A DNA stretch of 64,000 nucleotides from an uncultured Acidobacteriota bacterium. Its GTDB lineage: Bacteria; Acidobacteriota; JAQAZP01. Under the pieces are notes generated by a model. The model did no database searches, had not been told where the DNA came from, and saw nothing but the letters and a program-made list of their open reading frames with translations. The translations under genes and the position numbers were made by a program. Positions within the stretch are counted from its first letter, which is position 1. Every line of letters starts with the position of its first letter. Location of the stretch: contig CAWIIB010000009.1 of NCBI GenBank assembly GCA_963836075.1, positions 3,040,001-3,104,000 on the forward strand. Reading direction: 5' to 3'. Positions 47,719 to 58,291 of this stretch are shown here, in pieces.

Positions 47719-50700
47719 TCACGGGAGCGGGCCGGCCTGGTTTTCACCGGCCGGTTCGCTTCCCCCCTCTGTATTTTCGAACAGGTTCTGCATCTCCTCG
47801 ATGGCCGTCAGGCTCCGGCCGCGGGCGAAGTATCCCAGGCGGCTGCGGACCAGCAGGTCCCGTTCCCCCCCGGCGTCCACTTCCACGCCCCGCCACAACC
47901 CGTCCTTTTCCTGGCGGGTGGAGATATAGCCCAGGTAGTACTGGTTCCGCTGCTCCTCCTCCATACTGACCAGCGCATCCTTGATGTGGTCGGCGCGGAA
48001 ACTCACGTCAAAGGGGAAATACCGCCCGCCGGAAGCCAGGGTCAGGGTGTCCAGCAGCGACTCGCTGAACCGCCGTTCCATGAACTGGTTCCGTGCTTCG
48101 GCCCGCTTGAGGTCCTTGCTGCGGTAGAAGCCGCCCAGGCCGATGAGGCGCATGGCCTTCTCGAAAGTGGAGGGGTCGCGGGTCAGGTTGTAGAACTGGT
48201 TGTCGGAAAGCGGGGGAGTGGTGTTGATACCGATGGCGTAGAGCGTGATGCCGCCGCGCTGGAGTTGATCGGCCAGACCGCGGTTGCTGATCGCCGCGGA
48301 AACGTCCTTGCCGTCGGAGAGGAGAACCAGGACCTTGCGGTCGCCCTCCAGCTGTTCCAGCTCGGCGGCACAGGCCGAAATCGCCTCCATCATCCGGTCG
48401 GCCCTGCTGGCGGAGGCGGCGTCGGGGGCGGGCAGCGACTTGACCGCGCTGACCAGCAACCCCCGCTGCCCGGTCAGCTCCTGCTGGACCAGGGTTTTCA
48501 CCTGGTACCCGGCGATGAACGCCCGGTCGCCCCGCGGCAGGTGGTCCGTGAGGTAGGCCACGGTCCCATCCTTGAGCTTCTGCAGGGCCTGGGGCGGATC
48601 GATGCCCAGGTCGAACAGGAACGCCGTCACCAGGTCCTGCCGCTCCTTCTGCTCGAAGTGGCTGATCTCCTGTTCCACGCCGTCCTCCAGCAACCGGAAC
48701 TGGTCCCGGGTCATGCCGCTGACGTAGTCGCCGGTCTGCGGATCGGCCACGGTGACATACATCTGCTGCAGCTCCACCTCCAGCGAGAGGAAGTTTTTCG
48801 GCCGGGCCAGCATCAACCGGTCCTCACCCCACTTCTCGCCGGGGTAGTGGGCGCGCACCGCCACCTGGTAGTCGGTGGCCGCCGGGTAGGCACGCCAGAG
48901 GCAGCGATAGGGCGGGGCGAGGTCGCGGATCAGGTGTTCGCCGTCGACGTAGAAATCGATCCAGTCCGCCTCCTCGCCATTGGGGCCGAGAGTCGGCACC
49001 GCCTCCAGGTGTTTCACGGCAAAGATGTTGTCCTGCTCGGTGGGCGAGGTGATCACCACTTCCCGCAGCGTGTCCGATGCACCGGCGCCGGCCTGCAGGT
49101 CCGGTCCCTCCAGGCGGGTGAGCAGCCGCAGCGGTACGGTTTCGCCGCTGGCGCGGTCCACCAGTGGAGCATCCAGTTCGGTGATGGCCATTTTGACGCC
49201 GAGGAGACAGGTCTGGTGGGCGCCGGGGAGAATCACCTCCACCTCCACCTGGTATTCGCCCGGGCTGAGGAGATCCGGCGGAACGGTGGCCGAGACTTTC
49301 CACTCCCGTTCCGCCGAGTCCACCGGCCGGGCCAGCTCGTCCAGCTGGTTGCCCGGCAGGGTCAGGACCGTTTTCCCGGAGCGCTTGAAGCGGTAGGTGG
49401 TGAGAAACGGCCGTTCGGTCAGTTCACGGAACGAGGCTTCCACCCGGCGCGGGTCGGCCAGGCGCTCCGACCCCCCCCCGGCCCGTTCCGCTTCCGCTGG
49501 CAGGTAGACGTGGAAGAGCATGGTTGGACCGGTCTCGGGCAGCAGGGGCACGGTGCCGTCCGGCGGCAGGGGTGTCAACTGCCGGCCGCGGTGACAGAAG
49601 GGGGAAGGCATGGGACGCCGGGTGAGGGGGTAGGGCTCGAGACCGTTCCCCAGCAGCAGGCTGCTGGCGGACAGCTGGTCCAGGCCCAGGTCGGGCACCC
49701 TGAAACTCAACTGGTGCCAGCCCTGCTTCGATGTGGCCCGGTCCGAGGCGATGAGATAGAGCTGGTAGTCGCCGGGGGCCAGGTTGAAGACCCGCCGCAG
49801 GGTCCACGGCTGGTCCTCCGGGTTCACCGTCTCGCTGAGCACCATCGTCTCGTTGGAAGCGGAGCGCAGGGCCCGGATGTGGAAGCGGTCCGCCACGTCC
49901 CCGTCCGGTCCCACCACCAGGCCGCGGAGTCTGAGGTTGTCGGCACCCTGGTTCTGCTTCACGCGAAAGACGGCATGCCCCTGGCCCCGTGTCACATAGA
50001 GGTTGCAGTTGAGCCAGATGCTGTTCTTCCCCTGTTCGCCGCGGAAGCAGGACACCTGCGGCCTGATCTGGACGTCCATGTCTCCAGGACCCAGACCGTA
50101 GCGGAGGTATTCCCTCACCGATGCCACCAGTTCGATCTCGTCCACCAGGTCCATCGGGCGGCCGTCCAGGGGCCGGCCGCCCGGCTGGTAGAAGATATCC
50201 GGCCAGAGGATGGTCTTGCGCCGCAGTTCCGGGACGATTTCACCAAAGAACCGGGCATCGTCCACCAGGTCGGGAACCCCGTCGTCATTCTTGTCCGCGA
50301 ACTGGAGGGTCAGCGATTCGGCCAGGGGCAAGAGCATGCTGCTCCTGCTGTAAATCCACTCGAACGTCGGAGCGAAGCGCGCCGAGGCCAGGGCCTCCGC
50401 GTTCAGCCCCGGCTTGAAGGTATCCCGTAGACCGCCGTCGGGTTGCCCGAGCAGCGTGTAGACCCGTCCCATGTCGGTGAGGTCGCCGGGAACCGCCACC
50501 CCTTCGTCGCTCCCCTCGTCCTGGTCACCCGTATCTCCGGCCAGCCGGCAGCTGAACAGCTCGCGCGCCCGCTGTTTTCGTCCCAGATAGGCATACTTGA
50601 ACTCGTTGTGCACCGTGTCCGGGGTGGGGTCCCGGCGGGCCCAGAACACACCTTGAAAGTAGCCGCGGTCATCGGGGTAGGTACAGGGACTGGTAGAGTT

Positions 50701-50902
50701 GCCACTCTTCGGGAAGTGGCAGGTCCGCGGCCACCTCATGGAGCCAGTTGCCGGTGATCAGGGCGAAATCGGTACCGTCACCCTCGAATTCCAGCTCGGA
50801 TGCCGCCGGAGAGACACCGCCAGTGGGAGAGGAAAGAAGGACAGCCAGGACGAGCAGGAGCAGTAACGTGCCGTTTGTGGACCGCGGAATGTGGGATATC
50901 AT
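47719..50902 (-). CDS. GWxTD-like plus VWA domain exported protein; +1 frameshift at ~50680
   Basis: Signal peptide in 50669-50902; FWARRDPTPDT..NEF...GDLTDMGRVY.LLG.PD; VWA G.RKVLVLLSDGKD, SGGRYF, QYYLGY. Confidence 0.75.
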
Positions 50903-51080
50903 TCAAGTTGCCTGGATACACCCGGGGCCGGGGCCCGACAAGGTGAGGTTTACAAAGTTAGACGCCCTCGAGGCTGTAGCAGCGGGATCACGTCAGATTA
51001 TACCACAGGGCCCCGTCCGTTCCGGGATGCCGTGCGGGTGGGTTGACAGACGGAAGCTGAACTGTTTTTCTCAGCGGATA

Positions 51081-51109
51081 TTGACAAATGGGCGGAATTC
51101 GCTTAAATT
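51081..51109 (+). promoter_or_regulatory. Sigma70-type promoter
   Basis: TTGACA-N17-TAAATT in an AT-rich intergenic region. Confidence 0.55.
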
Positions 51110-51283
51110 CTACCAACAAGTTTTATACGGTTTGGCGGAGTGCTTCCTTCCACCACCGTAAACTCGCGGATGACAGTTTCGTTTCCATAGGTGAAAAGTA
51201 CACTGGATTGGGTGCGTTTACGGAGATAGGTTTCCGTTGGGCATTTCTTGGGTATCGATTCACATCAATCAAGGGGAGATCTG

Positions 51284-51694
51284 ATGAAAAAACTGGCTGT
51301 TCTTCTGGTCCTCGGTTTCCTTCTGGCGGGCGCGAATGCCATGGCCCAGGAATATGATCTGGAACTGATTGTCTTCAATATGCCCATGGACACCGTCACC
51401 ATCGGGGAGCGGGCGTTTGTCAACACCGTGATATTCAACCCGGCGCCCTATGGCTCGGGCATTTTCCTCTCCGGTATCGGGTACATGACCATCGACACGC
51501 CGTGGGGCTCCACCATTAGCCGCGGCCCGATCACGATCAACAACGTGACCCCGTCCACCACCCGCCGCAAGAATTGGGGCATCCCGGTTGGCCCGGCCAC
51601 TCCGCTGGGCGTGTATGACGTCACCGGCTGGATCGAAATGGACGGCGAGATTGTGGACATCAAGTACGAGAGCATCGAAGTGGTAGCGCCCTAG
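51284..51694 (+). CDS. Small secreted beta-rich (Ig-like) protein
   Basis: GGGGAG RBS; signal MKKLAVLLVLGFLLAGANAMA. Confidence 0.7.
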   Translation: MKKLAVLLVLGFLLAGANAMAQEYDLELIVFNMPMDTVTIGERAFVNTVIFNPAPYGSGIFLSGIGYMTIDTPWGSTISRGPITINNVTPSTTRRKNWGIPVGPATPLGVYDVTGWIEMDGEIVDIKYESIEVVAP

Positions 51695-51818
51695 CTGCCG
51701 TTTCTGATGAGAGCCAGGGAGAGGCCCCGCTGGTCCACGTGGCCGCGGGGCTTCTACCATGTACGGCGCACCAACGGGTGGAGTCCGGCAGGTGGTGGGG
51801 CAGGCGGCCGGAGAGGTA

Positions 51819-52568
51819 TCAGTTTCGGCTGTCGCTGCGGCGGACGTAGGTCAGGATCATCACCAGGCCCGTGGCCACCACGAACAGCGGCCAGAGCCGG
51901 CCCAGGGTTTCGAAACGGATCAGATTGAAGTTCACCAGCAGAAACGCGAACCCGATGAGGATCAGGCTGATGCCCCAGACCGGCGATTCGACGGCCGGTG
52001 CGGCGCCGGGACCGGCCGCGGGTTCAGCCTGCTGCGGCGGTACTTCGTCACCGGTGGTGCCGGTGAGCATGGGCACCAGGGCCGTGGAGGTTTCGGAGTC
52101 CTGCCAGCCTCGCGCCGTCTTGTACGCATCGTAAATCTGGTAAAAGTAGATGAAGGCCGCGATCACGCCGAACAGCCCCTCCATGGGGTGCGACTTCTGG
52201 GCCAGAATGATGCAGCTGATAAAGAGCAGCAGAAAGGTCAGGGCCTTGGCGAACTGGTTGTTGTAGATCTGGCCGGTGAAGGGGATGAAAATCGAGAGCA
52301 GGGCCGCCGTTGCGGGCCGCTTGCCCTTGCCGGACGATTGGGCAGCGGATTCCGGCTGCGGTGGCCGGTAATACTCGCTCCGGGGCAGCTCGATCTTCGG
52401 GATCGCACCGGCGGCGGTTTTTCCCTCACCCGCACCTTCCTTCTCCTCCAGACAGCTTTCGCAGTAGAAAACCCGGTCCCGTTCCCGGGTGCAGGTCTCG
52501 CACAGCGGGTGGCCGCACATGGCGCACGCGCCGATCGCTTCTTCTTCAGCATGGTAATGGCAACGCAT
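51819..52568 (-). CDS. B-box-like zinc finger membrane protein with a LiaF/DUF5668-like C-terminus
   Basis: C.YH.....C..C....C..C........C..C; TM segments; LWPLFVV..GL. Confidence 0.75.
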   Translation of the reverse strand: MRCHYHAEEEAIGACAMCGHPLCETCTRERDRVFYCESCLEEKEGAGEGKTAAGAIPKIELPRSEYYRPPQPESAAQSSGKGKRPATAALLSIFIPFTGQIYNNQFAKALTFLLLFISCIILAQKSHPMEGLFGVIAAFIYFYQIYDAYKTARGWQDSETSTALVPMLTGTTGDEVPPQQAEPAAGPGAAPAVESPVWGISLILIGFAFLLVNFNLIRFETLGRLWPLFVVATGLVMILTYVRRSDSRN

Positions 52569-52599
52569 GTTTCCCTTGCCCCCGGGTGCCCGGGCCTGT

Positions 52600-53196
52600 T
52601 CAGGCTCCGATCAGGCCCAAGGCCCTGATGATTTCGGTGACCAGATAGACGGAGCGATTTCCCTCCGTATCTTCGCTGTCTTTGCCCGTCCGGTCGCCGG
52701 CCTCCCGGACCACGTCGATCCGGGATTCCATCTCCCGTTTCAGATCGTTGAGCTCCTCGCCCCAGTCAGAGGCCAGTTCCAATGCCCTTGCGCTCTGGTG
52801 GCTGATCAGCGTTCGGCAGCCACTGATCGAATCCTGGAAGTCGGGATTGAACCAGGTGAGGTTGGCGGTAATGAACACCGCCAGGATCACGGCTGCCGCC
52901 GCATTGGAGAAGATCCAGTGCCCGCCGGCTCGGTTGCCGGCACCGCTGGCACGTTCCGCGGACCTGGATGCCGACCGCTCACGTTGCGGGATGGCGGCAA
53001 GGCGCATCTGGAGACCGGGCGGCATGGACGGCTGCGGAGCGCTTTCCAGCTGCATCCTGTTCAGCTCCATGATCTCCAGCAGTTCGGCGCAGTCGGGACA
53101 GCGGTCCAGGTGGGCCCGCAACCGCTCCGACCGTTGCGCATCGAGGCTGCCCTCGATCTGATCGCTGAACAATTTTTCTGCGCTCTTGCAGTTCAT
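52600..53196 (-). CDS. zf-HC2 anti-sigma factor
   Basis: MNC...HLDRCPDC, one TM; downstream of an ECF sigma. Confidence 0.85.
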   Translation of the reverse strand: MNCKSAEKLFSDQIEGSLDAQRSERLRAHLDRCPDCAELLEIMELNRMQLESAPQPSMPPGLQMRLAAIPQRERSASRSAERASGAGNRAGGHWIFSNAAAAVILAVFITANLTWFNPDFQDSISGCRTLISHQSARALELASDWGEELNDLKREMESRIDVVREAGDRTGKDSEDTEGNRSVYLVTEIIRALGLIGA

Positions 53197-53207
53197 GGTC
53201 TCACGTC

Positions 53208-53894
53208 TCAGATACCGTCACCGGCCGGGGCCGCGGCGGTACGTTTGCGGACGGCTTTGCGGAACCAGCCGCCACTGACCGAGGCGACCTTCTCCAGCGA
53301 GCGGTCTTCACCGCGGATGAACCGGGCCAGCTCCAGGCGGCCGCGGTTGAGCCGGGACTTCACCGTTCCCTCGGGAAGGTCCATGGCCTCGGATATCTCC
53401 TGGTAGGTCAATCCCTGCAAGTCACGCAGGATGACCACCGCTTTGAGGTCCGACGGGATCTGTTCCAGTGCGCGGAGCAGGATCGCCCGCCGTTCCCTGT
53501 TGAACGTCTTCTGGTAGGGGTTGGAGCGCGTACAGGCCACGTTGGTTATCTTCTCCCAGTTTCCATGCACCAGCAGCCGTTCCCGGCGGCGCTTGCGGTA
53601 GTGGTCGACGCACATGTTTTTCGAGACCCGAATCAGCCAGGGGAGGAATGCGGCTTCCAGGTCGAAGGTGCCGAGGGAACGGTAGATCTTGAGAAAGATA
53701 TCCTGGGTCAGATCCTCGGCCTCCTCGTGGCGTCCGGTGAACTGGTAGGCCACGTTGTAGACTCGTCTGCTGTATCTGGTTACCAGTTCTTCCCAGGCAG
53801 AGGACTCGCCGTCGAGGCACTTGCTGACCAGCTGGCCGTCACTGTTCTCCGGAGTGGCTCCGGGCTGTTTTTTCGTTTCCGCCGGCTGGGACAT
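53208..53894 (-). CDS. ECF sigma-70 factor
   Basis: AEDLTQDIFLK, WLIRVSKN..VD, YQEIS..MDLPEGTVKSRLNRGR; start ATG 53894. Confidence 0.92.
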   Translation of the reverse strand: MSQPAETKKQPGATPENSDGQLVSKCLDGESSAWEELVTRYSRRVYNVAYQFTGRHEEAEDLTQDIFLKIYRSLGTFDLEAAFLPWLIRVSKNMCVDHYRKRRRERLLVHGNWEKITNVACTRSNPYQKTFNRERRAILLRALEQIPSDLKAVVILRDLQGLTYQEISEAMDLPEGTVKSRLNRGRLELARFIRGEDRSLEKVASVSGGWFRKAVRKRTAAAPAGDGI

Positions 53895-54049
53895 CACACC
53901 GCGCTCCTTGTGTGGTTGTGGTTCTCGGCCTGAAATCAATCCGCTCGGGTTTTTCCCGTGCCAGCACGGCCAGCCCGGGCCGGGGAGGCCCTGGCCTCCT
54001 TCTCTCACCTCTGCAATACGGTTGCGGGCCGAAAAAGTTCGGTATTCCC

Positions 54050-54586
54050 TCAGTTCTCGGCAGCCGTTTGCCTCCAGAATTCCCGGACCGAGTCCAGCTT
54101 GTCCGAGAATCGATCCTGGGTCTGGTGGGGGACCAGTACCGCGGCCCGGTTCACCGTGCCCAGCAGGACCGGACTGAGCCGGGACTGGGCCAGCAGCGGG
54201 CTGTTCACCGGCAGGAGAGCGGTGAGCAGGATCAGGACATAAAAAAGAAGGACCACCGCGGCCCCGAAACCCACACCGCCGCCCACGGCCTTGTCCAGCC
54301 ACCTCAGGCCTGTCTTGCGCAGCAGCCGGGAGACGAGGAAGCCCAGCAGCAGGAATACGATCCAGGTGATCAGGAAGACCAGGACAAACCCGATGGAATT
54401 TCTGAGCGACTGCCCGCTGACCAGCCGTTCCAGGAGGCGCGCCGCCGGCTGGTGCAGGCTGGCGGCAAGGATGATCCCGCAGATCAGGCCGAGGGCGGCC
54501 AGCAGAATCCGGGAGATGCCCTTGATCACGCCGAGGGTTGCTCCGGCAAGGGTGACGGCAAGGATCAGCAGGTCGATGACATTCAT
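54050..54586 (-). CDS. cvpA: CvpA (colicin V production) family membrane protein
   Basis: MN.IDLLIL...G..KG..R; GL.WLDK..GG..G; S.L.P. Confidence 0.85.
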   Translation of the reverse strand: MNVIDLLILAVTLAGATLGVIKGISRILLAALGLICGIILAASLHQPAARLLERLVSGQSLRNSIGFVLVFLITWIVFLLLGFLVSRLLRKTGLRWLDKAVGGGVGFGAAVVLLFYVLILLTALLPVNSPLLAQSRLSPVLLGTVNRAAVLVPHQTQDRFSDKLDSVREFWRQTAAEN

Positions 54587-54836
54587 CCAGATTTCTCCTC
54601 GAGGGATGAGATACACCTGCAGTGTAATCAACAGGGCCGGCTGCTGTCAAAATCAGTGGAGACCGGCCCCGGGGTGCCCTTGAAGTGTTTTGCCTGTCTT
54701 GACTTGTGCATGAAAACGAGTTTAATATGATTTCAAGCTATCCCGATACTACGTATAGGCGTTATTCTTCTCCTCGCCAATGTGCGGGGAAACGGAGTCT
54801 TGTATAGGGGCATCCAATTCCATGGGAGGATTTGGA

Positions 54837-55358
54837 ATGAGATTGTGGATGACGAAGTGGCGGCGAATCGTATCGATGGTGCTTCTGATGGTGGTGCCGA
54901 CCTGTCTCGGTGTTCCAGGTGCCTGGGCCCAGTCGGCGGATTTGGGAACGCTGCTTGGTGTTATCACAAATGAGGACGGAAGCGTTGTGATATCCAGAGC
55001 GGTGGTCCAGTTGCGCAATACGGTCACCGGCAAGGTCGTCAAAAGCGGATTCTCCGATGATCTGGGTATGTACGTTACTCGTGGAGTCCCCTTCGGCACT
55101 TACGATGTGGCCGTTGAAACCGAGAAGGGTTTCTATCTCACTCCTGACCAACTCGTGATCCATGAAACAGTACCCCAGGTTCTCTCCCTGGCGATCGGAG
55201 AAGATGATGTTGCCGCAGCCGCTTTGAAGTCGGCGGCCTGGTGGAAGACCCCCGTGGGAATCGTCGTTATTTCAGTGGCTGTTGTAGCCACCGGCCTGGT
55301 GGTTGCCAACCAGTTCGACGATGATGAAGCGACGCCGGAGAGTCCGATCAACCCGTAA
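54837..55358 (+). CDS. Exported protein with a carboxypeptidase-regulatory-like domain and a C-terminal hydrophobic anchor
   Basis: G.L.G.I...DG.....A.V.L.N..TG, SD..G.Y...GVP.GTY.V.V. Confidence 0.65.
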   Translation: MRLWMTKWRRIVSMVLLMVVPTCLGVPGAWAQSADLGTLLGVITNEDGSVVISRAVVQLRNTVTGKVVKSGFSDDLGMYVTRGVPFGTYDVAVETEKGFYLTPDQLVIHETVPQVLSLAIGEDDVAAAALKSAAWWKTPVGIVVISVAVVATGLVVANQFDDDEATPESPINP

Positions 55359-55492
55359 CAGCACCCGATACCGGTTTCCGTGTTGGAACCAGGCAACCAA
55401 CCCTGATGCTGAACTTGCAGACCGCCAGACCAGGCCCGGAAACCCGGCCGCCTGGTCACGCGGTCGCATCTGTACACCTGAACGGAGGCGTC

Positions 55493-56807
55493 TTGCCTGT
55501 TCGCAGGTCCGATCTCTTCTTTCGACGTCTCAGAGCGCGAGCCCGGGTTGGTCTGGCCACCGTTGTCCTGTTCCTGCTCCTGCCCCTGATCGTTCCCCAG
55601 CCATTCTGTCTCCTGGCCGAGGAGGATCTCTCTCCCATCGACAAAGCCATTGAAGATTTGGGGAACTGGGGCCCGCTGGTACTGGAAGCCCCGCATCGCT
55701 TTGAGAAATCTGGGGTACGACAACAACCTGTTCCACGAGTCCGAAGAGCCCCAGGGGTCGTTTACCGCCACCCTGAACCCGGGGGTGGACCTCCTGCTTC
55801 CCATCGGCAAGCGGAACCTGCTGCGGTTGATCGAGGATCTCGACCTTGTCTACTATGCGAAGGACCCGCCCGGGTTCTATATGAACAATGATGCTTCCCT
55901 GCTCTACGATCTCTACCTCAACCGGGTGCACCTTGCGCTGGGTGACCAGTACGTCACCCGCTACCAGCGGCAAAACGACGAACTCGACGCCCGGGTCCGG
56001 CGGAACAACAACCTGCTCTTCGGGGATCTGCTGGTGGATGTCTCACCTCGCGTGCAACTGGGTCTGACCCACGAGAGCGACAAGATCGAATACGATGACA
56101 ATTCGATCCAGGATCCGGACATTCCGGACACTCCGGACAGCGTGGCCAATATCCTCGACCGCACCGAACGGGTGAACGGCGTCCTCCTGCGCTATGACGC
56201 TCTGCCCCGGACGGCTTTTTCGCTCAGGGTCAGGCACACCGACTACGATTTCGTGGATCCCGACAGCACCAGACAGTCGTCCGAGATGCGGTATCTAATG
56301 GGGGCCGAGTTCGACCCCAGCGGAATCCTCAACGGGGAACTGGAACTGGGATATTCGAAATTTACCGCCCCCCGGGCAGAGGCGCAGGATTTCGACGGTC
56401 TGGTGGGGAATGTCAATGTTACCTGGAAAACAAAGCCGTGGCTTCATTTCCGGGTCACCGGCGTGCGGGATCGCCTGTTTTCCACCTATGCCTCGAACCT
56501 CTACTTCCTCCGCCGGTCGCTGGAGGGCCGCTTCTCCCTGCGCATCGGGGGGCTGGGATGGCTCGACCTGGGATACGGGTGGGGCAGCAATGAGTACCCG
56601 GTGGAGGATGTGAATATCGGCACCGCCGAGGATTCGGATCTTGTCAGACGCGACGATCAGTTCAGAAACCCCATCGTCGGGTTCAGGTACCACCCTCGAG
56701 AGGGGATGGTGGTGGGCCTGGAGGCCAAATACCGCAGCCGGGATTCGAACTATGCCAGTGAGTATGATCGGCTCTTTGTCGCCGTTTCGGTATCGCTCTC
56801 GCGGTAA
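55493..56807 (+). CDS. Polysaccharide-export-associated outer-membrane beta-barrel; +1 frameshift at ~55679
   Basis: GGAGG RBS, TTG start and signal region join ...P..GYDNN(L)F...P G, Y..RDSN; upstream of wza and wzc. Confidence 0.7.
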
Positions 56808-56961
56808 CCGGTTCCGCTGGTGAATGCAGCGGGTTGAAATTCACCGTGGAAAGAGTACTATTGTCCGGATATTTTCCTGAACTATTGCCAGTTGAAGCCT
56901 TTGACCGTGGTGGGGCTGATCCACGGGGGATCAATCCCCGCTCGACCGGTCGCGAACGGAT

Positions 56962-58269
56962 ATGGGGATGGAGGCGATTTTGAGAAGACAGAATTATCGA
57001 CTTCTTTCAGTGGCCCTGATCGCATTGTCGCTGGCGCTCTGCTGGCCGGCAGCCGGTGCCGTGCCGGCCGATCTTGATTCGCCTCGGGAAGCAGGCCGGG
57101 TGTCGGCGGGGGAAGGGGAGGTCTACCGCGTACAGGTGGCCGCCTACTTCTCCTCCCGGCGGGCCAGGAAGGCGAAAAAAAGCATCGAGGGCGACGAGCA
57201 GTTCAAGGGCCAGAAGATCGCCATTCAGTTCAGCGCGAAAACCGGCGTCTACCGGGTGGAGGTGGGCGAGTTCAACACCCGGGACGCCGCCGAGGAACTG
57301 AAGAGGCAATTTGTGAAATCAGGGTTTGAGGACGCTGAAGTCATGGTGGACCGCCTCTATCCAGTCTCGTCGAACAGCGCCCCCGACCCGTCGCCCGGAC
57401 CGGCCGCCGTGGCGGTCCCGGAGAAGGCAGCGGCTCCGACGAAATGGAGCGCCGGTGACCTGGACGGAAAATCGGTCATCGGCCATGCGTCCAGCTCCGC
57501 CCAGCGCAGCGACTACATTATCGGCCCCGAGGATCTGCTGGAGATCTCGGTTTTTGAACTGGAAGGTTTGAACAAGACCGTGCGGGTCTCGGAAGAGGGG
57601 ATGATCAACCTGCCGCTGCTCGGCGAGGTCCGGGCCGAGGGGCAGACCCGCCGCGGGCTGGAGGAGGTCGTCCGCAATCTCCTCGAAGTGAAATATATCA
57701 ACAACCCCCAGGTCTCCGTATTCATCAGGGAATTCAGAAGCCGCAGTGTGTCGGTGATCGGCTCGGTGCGCCGGCCGGGAACCTACAAGCTTCTCGGCAC
57801 CAGGACCTTGATCCACATGATCTCCGAGTCGGGCGGCTTGACCGACAACGCCGGTCCGGTGCTCTACGTCATCCGGGTGAGCCCCGAAGGGGAGTCGCAG
57901 CGGATCACGGTGGACCTTGATCAACTGATGGTTCAGGGGCAGCCGGAACTGAATCTGCTGGTGCAGTCGGGTGACGTGATCAACATTCCCGCGGATCCGC
58001 AGATGTCGGTCTATATCTATGGGGCTGTCCGCACGCCGGGGGAGTTGTCCTTCGCCAAATCGGAAGCGATCTCGCTGCTGCAGGCGATCACCAAGGCGGG
58101 CGGGCTCACCGACCGGGCCGCGGCGGACAAGGTCCGCATCAAGCGCGTGAACGATCGCGGTGTCGAGGAGCAGATCGACGTCAACCTCAAAAAGATCCTC
58201 AAGGGCAAGCAGGAAGACTCGCTGCTCCAGGACAAGGACGTTGTGGTGGTGCCGGAGACTATTTTCTAG
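56962..58269 (+). CDS. wza: Polysaccharide export protein (Poly_export plus SLBB) with an N-terminal SPOR domain
   Basis: YRVQVAA...YRVEVGEF.TR..A (SPOR); YIIGPEDLL.I.V, G.INLPLLGEV, V.V.G.V..PG.Y, AGGLT. Confidence 0.85.
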   Translation: MGMEAILRRQNYRLLSVALIALSLALCWPAAGAVPADLDSPREAGRVSAGEGEVYRVQVAAYFSSRRARKAKKSIEGDEQFKGQKIAIQFSAKTGVYRVEVGEFNTRDAAEELKRQFVKSGFEDAEVMVDRLYPVSSNSAPDPSPGPAAVAVPEKAAAPTKWSAGDLDGKSVIGHASSSAQRSDYIIGPEDLLEISVFELEGLNKTVRVSEEGMINLPLLGEVRAEGQTRRGLEEVVRNLLEVKYINNPQVSVFIREFRSRSVSVIGSVRRPGTYKLLGTRTLIHMISESGGLTDNAGPVLYVIRVSPEGESQRITVDLDQLMVQGQPELNLLVQSGDVINIPADPQMSVYIYGAVRTPGELSFAKSEAISLLQAITKAGGLTDRAAADKVRIKRVNDRGVEEQIDVNLKKILKGKQEDSLLQDKDVVVVPETIF

Positions 58270-58291
58270 GGCCGCCGCACGGGGGAGAGGA

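Noticed and set aside
47710-50430. Long antisense ORFs (e.g. 906 aa here; also 9211-11199, 40713-42824, 5054-6829)
   Set aside because: They are shadow frames of real high-GC genes with no recognisable motifs.
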